Below, piece after piece: positions 11,432-23,995 of a stretch of DNA of 64,000 nt; position 1 is the stretch's first letter, and the number at the start of each line of letters is the position of its first letter. The position numbers and the translations under genes are program-made. The DNA comes from Eukaryota sp. GEM-RC1 (taxonomy: Eukaryota): NCBI GenBank assembly GCA_040285855.1, contig JAUFOQ010000002.1, forward strand, positions 868,001 through 932,000, read 5' to 3'. The notes below the pieces were generated by a model. It ran no database searches. It saw only the letters and a list, made by a program, of their open reading frames with translations, and was not told where the DNA came from.

Positions 11432-11749
11432 GGGTTGTTTTATGTAAACAAAATAAATTGTCTGTTAATTCATGTTGTTTTTTCCAAAAGAACTGCCACT
11501 TTGAGGTTCCACTCAGGAATACTAATTAGGAATCTTAAATAGTTTAGCTCATATAAAGTGTGAACTGTAGCGATTGAACGGTGTCACACAAAACTTTGTA
11601 CACTCTTTATGTTTTCTACCTGTGTTGATAACTAATATAGTGACTTTTCAAGAAGGTTTTCATTTGCGTTCACAGATAATTTGTTATTTGTTATTTTGAG
11701 ATTGGTATTTGAACGACAGTACATCAGTCATTTAGAGTTTTTATCAAAG

Positions 11750-12400
11750 GCGCAAACAATCAAATCATTGTCCCAAATCATTTCTTAGACATGCATGACA
11801 TTGATCTCAATCTGGTTTCCGAGTGTACTTACATTACACGGATGTTTGGAAAAATGTGATCCAGAACAAGAGTTGTTTGAAATAGTGTCATAAAATTGTG
11901 TAATACATTGTTTGAAAAACAGTAATTGCAATTGAAAAGGTTACAATGGGGAATGGAGAATCCATTGTGATTTACAAATTGATATATTGAACAAGAATTG
12001 AAGTGCTTTCAAATGATGTCAGAGCTCAAAAATGCTTAAAGCTCATGGATTTCTTGTTGAACCCATATTCAGTAAGATCGGTCTTGATTAAATTAATAAT
12101 TGGCGTCGCACACTTACATTGTGCATTTATTGATTCCAATCAAATGATCGTTGATGTTACAACATTGGTTCCATGTGCTCAAAATTATGCAAACTCCTTG
12201 ACGGCAAACGATCTTGATAGCTGAAAAACATAAAGTAGATCTGAACTACTAGATTCTAATCACGTTGCTAAGCTCAAACAAAAACGTAGTCAAAATACAT
12301 TTGTTCCATTTACTTTTTGCTATTTTGGTAGTATGGACTTCTCAGTTTTAAATTGATGTTTAGGTCTAATCGCCAGTGTAAGTCTCAGAATAATATGTTC
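11750..12400 (+). pseudogene. Degenerate RLE-endonuclease end of a non-LTR retrotransposon
   Basis: Broken frames give MLKAHGFLVEP, QMIVDVTTLVPCAQNYA and VPFTFCYFGSM, resembling the relic at 45.6-46.7 kb. Confidence 0.5.
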
Positions 12401-12940
12401 AACTTATCAATTTGGCAAAACCGTTTGATTTTGTAACTGTTCCGGTCGATGTCCACAATTAAACTAACTTACGCAAAGGTGTTCTAGAACAGTGGTTCTT
12501 GTTGATGATGACGGATTCACAAAAATGCGCAGAAAATCGCGCAGTTGTAGTATTTCATTTCTGAATAATTGGCACATTTGACAATTAAATCACTGTTGTA
12601 CTGTGAACGTTCCAAGAAATGCATAATTTAGAAACTTGCTGATAAACTACCGGACTACATCGAGGCTCCCACTAAGCTGTATTCAAAAATGTCTCTATTC
12701 AGAGGAAGACTGTAGATTCTAATAGCAGTCCTAAATGAAATAAAATGCTCTACATGTACTCTTGAACATCGATACGGTGCAGTATTAATTTATTTAAGTT
12801 GCATTCAGAACTATATAACAGTGTAAATCCGATAGAACTTTGTCTGCTCTATATGATAGTTTATTAATACTACGACGATAATTAATACTAATAGATGAGA
12901 AATCTACACCCAGGCAATACAAATGTACAAAATTCTCCAA

Positions 12941-15134
12941 CTAAAAACCGTTCTTTGAAAGGAACTTACTGATGACATTTGCAGTTCCTATACGCTTCTT
13001 TCCATTAAGAGTTCCCTTCTTCGTTCGATACATGTGAGACAATGTCTTAAGACTTCGTATTCCCGATGGATATCTCAAGAATATCTTACAGACAACATCA
13101 ACAGAATGCCAAGAACAAAGCTTATCAAAACAACGAATTGCAATGAAATGAGGTGCTTCTTGCTCCGAATTAAGATTGAGCGCCTCCAAACACCTTTCAA
13201 CCAAGTCCTTCCGAAGATCCTTCTTGAGAGCTTCAGGGAGTGGAAGTGGGGGCACATGAGTTCCACTAAGAGAATTGTCGATAAGAAGTGAGTAATCACT
13301 GGAAAAATTCATTAGAGTATTTCGAGTGGTGGAGTTAAGAGCAGGTGTTGACAAATCCGACATTGATGCGAAATCTAGGAGTAAATACAGCAAGTTATTA
13401 CCAAACAAATGTCCCGTCTTTCTTTCTAGTAGGGATAGAATTTCAAAAGAATCTTGGGTGTCATCAGAAGAGGCATTCTTGTTCCAAATTTCAGAAAGGA
13501 AAATGAAAAGTCGAGAATTATAAAGGGCCAGTTGTCGGTCAATATTTCCCATATCAAAGGAACTGAACGAATTAAACATGGAGTTCATCAATAAACTCAA
13601 AAGATTTTCCCGATAGAAACTGTCTCGTGACGCAACAGTGGAATCGTAGTATTGGTCTTCTCCAGTATTACCAAAGGAATATCCACTTAGAGGGAAAAGG
13701 AAGGAGATTGCCATGAGAACAACATCCACAAAACGAAGTTTGATGGAAATTTCACGATATTCATTTAAGAACAACCGACGTTGATTCAAGAATCGAATTA
13801 GTAAAAATAGTAAAAACACAGTATTTTCAGTTTCACAAACTCTTTCAAATACCTCAACCCAACTTGGATGAATATATGGAGTAGAAGTTGACCATTCATT
13901 TCCATAAGCGTGGTCACTGACACTTTCAAACATGGAGAGGAGCATTTCAATAGGAGATCTGGATCCTTCTAGTAACAACTGGCGATGTTCAGGGGCAAGA
14001 ACATTATCAAATAAATCCAGGCATTCGTCAGATATAGCATAATCCTTTTGGGATTCACGCAGTTTTCGGATGTCTCTGAGAAAGCGAATTCCATGTGCAG
14101 CATACATTACATGAGCATCGTAATGACGTGACAGGTCTGGAATCTCAAAGTACTTCTGGTCTATATAAAACATGGGTTCTTTCAACTGAGTATTTAAGTA
14201 AACAGCGTCATGACGAAGTTTACCAAAACCAGCAGAATTAGTACAAGTGATGGGAGCTAGAAGTTCAGTTGATATGTCATAGCGGTCTTTAGCATTCTGA
14301 ACAGCAGCAGCAGCATCAGGATTGTTAGCCAGAAAGTCAATCCACTTAGACACATTCTCATCAGACTGGAAGAAGTTCAAGACGTCAGAATAGAATTGAG
14401 TAAGGTTATGTTGTTGGAAGTGTTCAACGGCAAATTCACTACATTTGGGATGAGTGATAGAGTGCAGGGCAATGAGTTTCTCAAAGGCTAAGAATCTTTG
14501 GTCGAATATCAACACAAAGGCATCTTCTCCCTGAGTCATTTTCTTATACGCATTCTTCAAGCCAAAATCACCTTGAAAAAGGCAGCTCTGCACCCTCTGT
14601 GGAAGAAGAAGTGGATGCCAGCAGAGAAAGCAGCGTGAGAATCATTCTGACGAACCTCTTCAGCAATATGGTGGGGTATACTGCCGTTGGGTACGAACTG
14701 CACCTTGTTCATGTGTTCTCCCTCGGGATCGTTGACATCAAGAGCACACCAGATCACATGGTTTTCTAACTTGAAAGGAGTTGGACTATTTTGTCTTCTT
14801 TCGATTTTACTGGGGCGATGTTCAAGATTTGGCTGAGAGGGCAGTTCATCGACACGGAAGGCACCAAAGCTTCTGTAGTACAAGACGAAGTAAATGTTGT
14901 GGCGATTGAACACAGAGAAGAAATGGCGGAACAATTTGTTCACAGCGAGGCCAGAATAACCGTCAGCAAAATCAGGAATGAGTTGTTCAACAAGTTGACG
15001 GCAGAAATCGTTTTGACGTCTACAACAAGATACAAAGGTTTTCCTTGATTGAGAGTTACCAGACGATCTTCCAGTGCCTGTGACACGTACTCATTGGATC
15101 TATTGATTAAGAACGGGAACCAGCCTTTTAGCAT
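12941..15134 (-). CDS. Hypothetical protein, possibly a degenerate PIN/XPG(asteroid)-like N-terminus; three ORFs joined by two frame changes
   Basis: Abutting ORFs 14940-15209, 14557-14943 and 12941-14593. MLKGWFPFL...LYLVVD and AFVLIFDQRFLAF loosely recall PIN motifs. Confidence 0.55.
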
Positions 15135-15202
15135 GTTGAAGAAAATTCTAGTCGAATTTAATTTTCGGAATTCTATTTTATTTCTATTATCGTTATCGTC
15201 GC

Positions 15203-15832
15203 AATACAAGCAACCTTAAATACTATACAAGCATACCCTTTACTATGCTTGTATTCGAACCTGCTTGTATTAGGGTCCTTTAAATCTCTCTGTTGTATAA
15301 TGGAATATTAATCATGACAAGATCACCCAGATTGGAATGTACATTTAATAAAGTCAATCAGTTATCTATAAAATATATTCAAAATATACTGATCAATCCT
15401 GACAGACAAGTGGATTAATCGAACCAACATAAACATCAAAATATGACACGTCCACGTATTCTTGGTCAAACAAGGTTTTCGTTATCTCGTAAATTATCGG
15501 TCACCGTTAAATCAAACGCTTCCTTAAAGCAAGTGGCTATAGAAGAAATATAATTGCAAAAATTGAGGAACTTCAGTGTACCATTATTTCCTAGAATTTT
15601 AGTTATTCTTGTGTTACAGACTTGTCCAACAGGTGTTCAAGTCTTTATGCAAATTAACGAGCTACAGTCATTCTTAACTAGTAAATGAAAGCTATTAATA
15701 AGTGTTTATTATGACCCACCTCGGTTTTATATAAAGAGATCAGTAATTATTATGCTAACAGTATGTTTTATAAGAAATCTGTGAGTTTATTTTGTGAAAC
15801 AATACAAGCATACCCTCTACTATGCTTGTATT
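15203..15832. repeat. Two copies of a palindromic hairpin ATACAAGCATA-N8-TATGCTTGTAT
   Basis: Copies at 15225-15254 (nested in outer arms 15203-15212 and 15262-15271) and at 15801-15832. Confidence 0.8.
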
Positions 15833-16145
15833 GGATTCTTGCTGATATTGGAACCTCGACGATAGTTACAAGGTGGAACTAATCCCTTATACATTCATCA
15901 TCTTCAATTTTTTCACCGCATTATTATATTCAATTTCAAAACCTTCTTGTTTTTCTAAACTTTTGTCAATACTGCTTTGTATATTAACAACCTTTTCTTC
16001 TTCTTCTACAAATTTACTTTTACGTAATCAATTAAATCATGGTTACAACATTGCTGGAAATTATGAATTGGAAATTGAATTACATGTATTATTATTACAA
16101 GCAGAATTTCACAGTTTTGGAAATTATAAGAATTATGCACCACAC

Positions 16146-16454
16146 CAGGGGTGTGAAAGCAATATTGATTTTCCAATATTGATTTTCCTTCTTTGAAGTG
16201 GAGCAATATTTATTGTTTTTATTGAGACATGCTGCATTATTGCCAATATACTTGGAGTTGATCTTTTCGTTCTTTTGCTTCACAGTTCTGTACTTTGCTC
16301 CAAGAAAAACCGGTTTGTTGTCTTATGCGTTTGGGAATGGTTTGATCAGAATTGTTTCCAGTTGGTAGAATACCATCCGTAACAACAAATCAGGTAGAAT
16401 TTACTTTGTGGCTGAAATATATTTATTTATTGTATTATTATTTTCACACCCCTG
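16146..16454. mobile_element. hAT-like MITE
   Basis: TIR CAGGGGTGTGAAA / TTTCACACCCCTG. Internal sequence is shared with the element at 35980. No TSD seen. Confidence 0.75.
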
Positions 16455-16606
16455 GTACTGTTAACCAGGAATTATCTGTGTCTAGAGCTTCATCGCTTTT
16501 ATTGTGATATTTCTCGTTGTCCCTTTCGTCTGTAAACAATATTAGGATATACAAAAATACAAACAAATATGGTTTAATTGAGTTGATTTCGATTCTTATT
16601 TAATGA

Positions 16607-19600
16607 ATGTACAAGTACAAGTCCAGACCTCCTTCTTCTAAGGAATCGTCTGTTCTTCTTAGTACAACTCAGGAACCTACAGCCAATGTACAGTACCCGT
16701 CATCTTCTCTCACTCCTGATTTACTAGATCCTCTATTTATCTCCTCTGTTGATGCATCTCCGTTCTCTACATCCCACAACATCAAAAGTTTTTTCAATCC
16801 TGAAAACGACACGCATTTCTTTTCAGATGACAGCTGTGATGATGTATCAATTGATAACGAAGCTTTAAAACGGCTAAACTTCATCAAAGCCAACCCTTTC
16901 TCTGTACCTTATCCTCAACCTGTTTCCAATTCCTATTCTTCCCTAGTAAAACAAACACCTAGAACAATGCGGAAAGTTCTGACTGGTAAAACTGGAGTCC
17001 GTCCTGTCCGACCTCAGGATATCAACTATACTCAACTAAACCAAGGAACTGAAACCTTTTCTGGGACCAATAGAAGTGCCTCAGCTAAACCTTTTAGTAA
17101 ATCTGTTTCTCAAACTGTAGCTCAGCTTCTTTCAAAAAGACCAAAAAGTGAACAAGTTTCTTTTAGAAAACAACTAATTTCCTCTTCTCATGAAGGTGAT
17201 ACCACTGAAGAACATGGTGGCAACTCCAATGTCATCATTGACGATGAATCTAATCACTTTAAAACTGTCAATCAAATTGATGTGATTGAAGAAGCAGATC
17301 TCCAAGATGACGATCTCAGTGGAAGTTCTGAAGAGGAAATGACCAAAGTGGAGGTTCCACAGAGTCTAAGTAAACAAAAGAGTTATATTGAAGGGTTTGA
17401 AGAGTTGGGAATGAAAGAACCCAGCGAATTAAATTCTAAAAATTTAAATAATTCCGGACCTAGCGTATTGTTTGCTGGTCCTCAGCGGTCTTCTGATGAT
17501 CTTATTCATGATCCTTTTAAAGGGTTATTTAATTCAATTAACACAACCACACTATTGGATTTTGACAAAATTGCAAATGTGAAACATTTTAAGTTAGTTG
17601 AAGGAACGACGAAAAGTTTGTTGGAACATGTGGAAAAAAGTTTGAACGACTCGAAGGAAATCAATCGTGATGACGTTACTTTCCAAATTGGTTTGTTGAA
17701 TGAGCTGAAAATTATGTTAGAGAATTTCGACCATGAGCTATATTTCCAAAACGAGTTAAAAACCCTTCCAGACTACCTATTACGAGAACGATTGTTGAAT
17801 GTCACGCGAGATTACGAAACAATCAAATCAAAAATCGGTGATTATAGAGAAATGAATTCTCTTCTTGACCTCAGACTCCAGTCAATGGAAAAAGCTCTCA
17901 TGGAAATACTCAACAAATTCCTAGCAGAAAAAAGAAGAGTTCTGACTTACAGAATCAATTAAAACTAATTCTTTCTTCAGAAAAGATGAACCTACCCTCG
18001 CATCTAAGTCTCCTCCTCTATCTCACAAAGAAGGTTCTAAACCTCAAGAACAAGAGACGGTCTCGTTGTTCTCTGTTAATGAAGATTTGTCAGTTTCCAG
18101 AGCCACCAACACTTACTCTCTTTCTTCCTTAAAACTCGCTCAGGTCTCTGAGGTTGGGGTTAGTGCTAGTGTAAAGACCAAGGACATAGGAGTGACCGCC
18201 TTTATTGACAGTGATTTAATGCGGGCTGATGTTTTGGCGATTCCTTCCTATTTTAGATCATCACAGTCGCAATCAAATATTGAGACCGATCAATCACCAC
18301 GAGCTGATAATAATGATCTTAAAGCTGAGGACGCTTTTGTGTATGCATCACAGTCACGTCGACAGTCGTATATTGATTACGGTGACAGACAATCAAGGAG
18401 TCCATCATTTGACAGGTCATATACCGTTTCTGATCAAGAAATTAATACATTAGTGACTCACACTTCTAGTGTGTCGACTCAGGCCAGTTTACAACCCGTA
18501 CATGACGATTTCCATTCAAATCATGATGATTTATGTCTTAATTGTGAAGCCTTGAAGGTCAAACTTGCTGTTCTTGAAGACGCTTCATCAATATATACCA
18601 AAGAACTTAATGTTGTAAAACAACGCCTTTCCAGGAGCCTTTCAGTGTCTAACTTGAGTTTCAGCTTTGAAGACAAAGAATCACAAACAAATTCTTCAAA
18701 GGAAAAAGAGTTATCCATTTGTAATCTTCATTTCAATCACTTCTTTTCTAAGACGTTACCTTCCTCAAAGCAGTCACTCAAAGCACTCTCTCCTTTAGAA
18801 ACTCCTCCACGGTCAGCTTCATCAGTTAATGGACTTTATACAGTCAACTTGGAGTCCCAAGGAGTTCAGACTGAAAATGAAGAGATATATGATGAAGAGA
18901 TTGAGGATGATGGTTCTAGTGTTGTTTCTGTTTCAGGAAAGAGAAACAACCAAGAAGGAACATGTCTAGATCTATAAAAAAGCAAGCTGGACAGACTGAG
19001 GTCTCAGCGACAGAGTCAATTGATTCGTCAGAGGAAAACTCTTTAGAGGATCAGGTTCCAATTACTGCATCATTTGTTGACGTCGTCACAAACAACACTC
19101 ACAGTAGCGATGACGTTTCCGTGATTGATCCTTCACATTCTCCACGTGAACAACCACGTGATGACCACTCACGTCTTCAAGTCAGTCATTTAATTAGCTA
19201 TACAATGATAGGTTCTGGTTCTAAACAGATCCCCCCTCAGTCAAACTACCAAAAGAGTAAGAAAAAGTCAAGTTCTATCAGTTCAAAAGCTTCCTTCAGT
19301 AGATGTTGACAGTAATGTTAAAGTCTGCAGAAGGTCCAACATTCCTTCAATTCGTAGCTTTCACTCGATCTCTACTCAAGTGTGGAAGAAAAGATCTTTG
19401 AAAATGTGTAGAATTATTTCAGCGACAATGCATGATACTGCCAAGTCTGTTTTCTCCCGTCCACCATCCTCTTTCGGAAGTTCAACGTCTCTGACATCGG
19501 CTCCCTTTAGAATTGATTTATCAGGGTCGAATCAGCTCCCTGATTATAGTGATGACGAATCAAGTGATTCTGATTACAATCAACCAATCAAAAGAGATGG

Positions 19601-19694
19601 TCCTGGATTTATTATTCATTCTGTATGCCCTTCATCGCCATTACTTTCAACACCATTTAAGAAGGAATTCAAGAAATTTAAAAAACTAAGGTAA
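16607..19694 (+). CDS. Large Ser-rich/coiled-coil hypothetical protein, split into 4 ORFs
   Basis: Consecutive same-strand ORFs 16607-17962, 18066-18977, 18962-19309 and 19380-19694 with similar composition. Confidence 0.55.
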
Positions 19695-19784
19695 ATTATA
19701 TTCTGCTAATATCAAGTGATGATAAGAAGTAGCGAAATTTCTAATCAAATTTCGTACATATTCTTCAAAAAATTATACTAATCA

Positions 19785-20636
19785 TCAACTGGTCTTTTCA
19801 TTTCCCCTACCAACATCACAAATAGCCTCCATCACCTTCCCAAAGGACGAAAATACTGGCAAAATATTCTGTCCAAACGTCGTCTTTGAAGTTAAGATCG
19901 GAGGTACATCTTCCTTTAAGGTCTCATTGTCTTCATAGTCACTACTACTTCCGGTATCTATACTAAAGGTACAGGTTTTCCCTTTACCTAGCTTAAAGAA
20001 TGTCGTTGGAGTCTTGAACAGCATTGGAATAGAACTGTGTGAGCATCGAAGGAGTCCTATAGAGACTTCATGATTGAGTAAGTGATAGACAGGATGAATG
20101 AGTTCTACTTTAAAGAAGAATTGTTGGAGGATGTGTTTGGTGATTGCAATACAGGTCTGTGTATAAATGTATTTCTGGACAATCATAGTTGGGTTTTCAA
20201 GCTTCAGAAAGCTGTTTATCAGAGCTCGGAAGAATACGTCGTTTAGCTGTACATGTACAAGAGTTGTATCCAGATTAGCAAAACATTGCTCAAATAAAAG
20301 ATCAATGTCGAAAGCAGATAGAACATCTTTGGGCAGTGAAAACAGAGAACAAACATGGCAGTTTAGTTGAGGCTCTGGCTGACAGAAGATGCAGGAATCT
20401 TGAGCATAAGATTGGTGTGAAGCGATGTCAGCCAAGTCATAGAGATCTTGTTTCGTCAGATACAGAAATTGGAGATAGTGGGTGGTATGCTTGAGAAGTT
20501 CGACTAGATCATGTTGTTTTGGACTTGAACATATAAAGTTCAGAATATCAAGAAGATGTCCGCTGGGCATTAGGAAATATCGGCAGAAATCATGAACATT
20601 CGCAGGTAACGTTCGTAAAATAATTTGAATAAACAA
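19785..20636 (-). CDS. Hypothetical protein
   Basis: 283-aa ORF divergent from the CDK gene, with a CxxC...CxxC motif; start uncertain. Confidence 0.5.
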   Translation of the reverse strand: MFIQIILRTLPANVHDFCRYFLMPSGHLLDILNFICSSPKQHDLVELLKHTTHYLQFLYLTKQDLYDLADIASHQSYAQDSCIFCQPEPQLNCHVCSLFSLPKDVLSAFDIDLLFEQCFANLDTTLVHVQLNDVFFRALINSFLKLENPTMIVQKYIYTQTCIAITKHILQQFFFKVELIHPVYHLLNHEVSIGLLRCSHSSIPMLFKTPTTFFKLGKGKTCTFSIDTGSSSDYEDNETLKEDVPPILTSKTTFGQNILPVFSSFGKVMEAICDVGRGNEKTS

Positions 20637-20756
20637 TAACTATAGCAGTATAGAATAATTAGGCCATTGAATGGCATGTGAAGAAAAAACTGGCAAAGAA
20701 AGTTCGTGGAATAAGTCATGTAAAACAATTCGCTTCAATTCTGCATTGTCTTTCGA

Positions 20757-21727
20757 ATGAATCAGATCAACAACGTTCAGGCTCAGCGTTATAATCGTGT
20801 ATGACTACTTTGCGCATCAACTCATTGTAGATCGAAAAGGTTGGCGAAGGAACATATGGTGTCGTCTACAAATGTAAGGATACTGAAACTGGCCAACTTG
20901 TGGCCTTGAAGAAGATCCGTCTCGAAAATGAAGACGAGGGCATTCCTTCCACCGCCATTCGTGAAATATCTTTGCTCAAGGAGTTACGCCATCCCAACAT
21001 TGTTCGCCTCGAAAACATCATTCACAATGATTCCCGACTTTATCTCGTCTTCGAATTTCTCGATCAAGATTTGAAGAAACATGTAGATGCTCTTGGTGGT
21101 CAGAGACTTTCACCTGTTCTCGTTAAATCCTATCTCTTTCAGTTACTTGCTGGTATTGAGTTCTGTCATGCTCACCGTGTCTTGCATCGTGATCTCAAGC
21201 CCCAAAATCTTTTAATCGACCGTCAAGGTTGCCTTAAGCTGGCTGATTTTGGTCTTGCCCGTGCCTTTGGTATTCCTGTTCGTAAGTATACTCATGAAGT
21301 TGTTACTCTTTGGTACAGAGCCCCTGAAATCCTTCTCGGAGCCCAACACTACGCAACCCCTGTTGATATCTGGTCTGTTGGCTGCATCTTTGCTGAAATG
21401 GTTAAAGGAACTGCATTATTCCCCGGTGAATCTGAAATTGAACAACTCTACAAGATTTTCCAAGTTTTAGGAACTCCTAATGAAGATATTTGGCCCGGAG
21501 TCTCAAGTCTTCAGGATTACTGTGATGCTTTCCCTCAATATGCCCCTAAGTTGCTGAGTGAAATTGTTCCTACTCTGTGTCCTGCTGGTTTAGACCTCAT
21601 GAAGAAAATGTTGATCTATGAACCTGGAAGACGCATCAGTGCCAAGGAAGCATTACGTCATGAGTATTTCAATGATCTTCCCAATCGTGAGCAGATGTAT
21701 AACTATGCCACTTCCGGCAACTACTAA
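20757..21727 (+). CDS. CDC2: Cyclin-dependent kinase, PSTAIRE type (CDK1/2-like), with one 32-nt intron at 20799-20830
   Basis: Motifs [41 protein letters not shown] and [14 protein letters not shown]. Removing GTATGA...TTGTAG joins [14 protein letters not shown] to [10 protein letters not shown] in frame. Confidence 0.95.
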
Positions 21728-22001
21728 TTAATTGAAAGTATGGAGAAATTGGACTTCTCGCATACTTTTTTAAATAAATTGTATTTTTTTCCATATTCTG
21801 AATGTACTTTTAATGATGAGATGTATGCTGATATGAATGTTGAAAGTGTGGTTCATGTCGGACACTTTGTGGCTAGAAGTAACAAGATTCTGAACCATTA
21901 GCTCAAAAACCTGACGTGCCTATCACAAGAATCTTCTGTTTTCTCCCACCAACTGCCTTTATGCAATTCAACATAGTTTTCTCCTTTCTCCTATCTTTCT
22001 T

Positions 22002-23180
22002 ATGACCACCTTTCAGTTTTCCGAACTTGAACAAGGACGTAAAAAACATAATGCTCTGAAGTGGAATATGGATTGCCAAAAGAATCCACTCCATGAAGGC
22101 CACATTCCCATGTGGATTGCTGATTGCGATTTCCCTTGTGATCCTAATGTTTTGGAGAAGGTTAGAGAAAGACTTCAACATCCCACCTTTGGTTATACAT
22201 ATGCACCAAAGACCTTGTTCACCTCATTCGTATCATGGGCATCACGTCGCTATGTAGGTGGTGATCTTGTTGATCCTGACCTCTGCACTGTTTGTCCTTC
22301 AATAGTAACTGCCCTGGCTCATTGCATCCGAGCTTTCTCCACTGGCTCCGTACTGATCAACACACCTATTTATCCGCCTTTTAGTGCCCTTCCAACCGCT
22401 CAAAAGCAGAAGTTGCTAACTAGTACTCTTGTTCGAGATACTGACAATGTCTACCGTTTAGATATGGAGGACCTAGAAGCGAAACTGAAGGAGGCTTCTG
22501 TCTATCTTCTCTGCCATCCCCAAAACCCTGGAGGTTGTGAGTTTCCCTCTTCTGATTTGGATAAAGTAGCTGAACTTGCCGCCAAATATAACGTTTTTGT
22601 TGTCTCTGATGAAATCCATGGCGATCTCTCCTTGACTGAGGATAAGCATCATACCTTCCTTTCATTTGCTCAGAAACACGGAACTCGTACAGCATCTTGT
22701 TTCTCCCCATCAAAGAGTTTCAATCTAGCTGGCTTTGTTACTTCCATCATTGCTTTCTCTAATCCTGATGATCAGGGGTTGTTTAACAATGCACTTCAGG
22801 AGTCTGGAATCCACGGGGTGAATTGTCTTGGGCCGGTTGCCTGTCAAGCTGCTTATGATCATGGACATGATTATCTAGAAGGGGTTATCCAGAAATTGAA
22901 TGACAACATTGATCTTTTGGTTTCCGGTCTAGCTGATTACACTCATTTCATCATACCAATCAGACCAAAGTTTGGATTTTTGATTTGGTGTGATTGCTCT
23001 GGAATCAGTAGTGATCCCAAAGTGATTAATGATTTTTTCAACAATTGTGGTATTGCTGTTTGTAATAGTACAATGTTTGGACCAGGATCTGAGATATTTG
23101 TTCGGTTGAACATTGGCTGTAGAAAAGAGTTGGTGGTTGAAGCGATTGCTCGTATTACAGGCGCCTTGAAGAAGTTGTAG
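22002..23180 (+). CDS. PLP-dependent cystathionine beta-lyase/aminotransferase, MalY/PatB family (bacteria-like)
   Basis: Motifs LKW, IPMWIADCDF, FGYT, LCHPQNPGG, SDEIHGDL, SPSKSFNLAG and FVRLNIGC. Confidence 0.9.
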   Translation: MTTFQFSELEQGRKKHNALKWNMDCQKNPLHEGHIPMWIADCDFPCDPNVLEKVRERLQHPTFGYTYAPKTLFTSFVSWASRRYVGGDLVDPDLCTVCPSIVTALAHCIRAFSTGSVLINTPIYPPFSALPTAQKQKLLTSTLVRDTDNVYRLDMEDLEAKLKEASVYLLCHPQNPGGCEFPSSDLDKVAELAAKYNVFVVSDEIHGDLSLTEDKHHTFLSFAQKHGTRTASCFSPSKSFNLAGFVTSIIAFSNPDDQGLFNNALQESGIHGVNCLGPVACQAAYDHGHDYLEGVIQKLNDNIDLLVSGLADYTHFIIPIRPKFGFLIWCDCSGISSDPKVINDFFNNCGIAVCNSTMFGPGSEIFVRLNIGCRKELVVEAIARITGALKKL

Positions 23181-23995
23181 TTTTCTAGTTTTTGTACTTT
23201 AGTATTTCTAAATACTTTTTAATCTTACTGTTTTTGATTTAGAAACAAATATTCTAGTGTTGTTAGTACTAAGACAAAGGATCAAACTTGCTGTCTGCAC
23301 GTTTTTGTTCGTTTCTAGTTTTTAGTCAGCTTTCAAAACTGTTTTCTTCCATTCTTGCCAGTCTTTCGAATACTTCAAATGATCTGAGAAAGAGGACGCT
23401 GATGTATCAAAGTACGTACAGATTACTCCGGTCAGATATACCGGAAGTTCAACAGGTCGGATGTTTAATTGGAAGAGTAAAGTTGCTTTTTCACTGTAAA
23501 GTCGATGTATAGGTACAGTATATTCTCGATTGAGTGTCGCCCTAATAGCACACCTTAAATCGAGGGTATACTGTGTGTATGTTGATTATATTTTGGCCAA
23601 TTTGTTTGGTAGTCACTAGTCTCGGAATTAAATAGCTCATTTGATAGTTTGTTTTAATCAAAAAAGCAGGGATTTGTGTGCGGAGAAAAACACTCAACAA
23701 GAAAACAAGAAATAAATTGTTTTAATAATCTTTATTTCCATTTAGCTTCATGTTGTGTGTGGCTGAGCACACCAATCCTCTTATCATTATCTACTTACTG
23801 AATTTTGGTAACAGGAGAGAATTGGAGATGTCTCCAAGGTTCGCATGTTTCAAATGCCTGCATTCACTGAATCAGACATATCTGCTTCTGCTGAAGTTCG
23901 TGAACTGTTTGGTCAGCTCCAGGAAATACTATCTAATTTCTCAGAAAGAGTTACAGCGGAATTAGACTTTACTCACACAAATCAGCATTTGTAGT

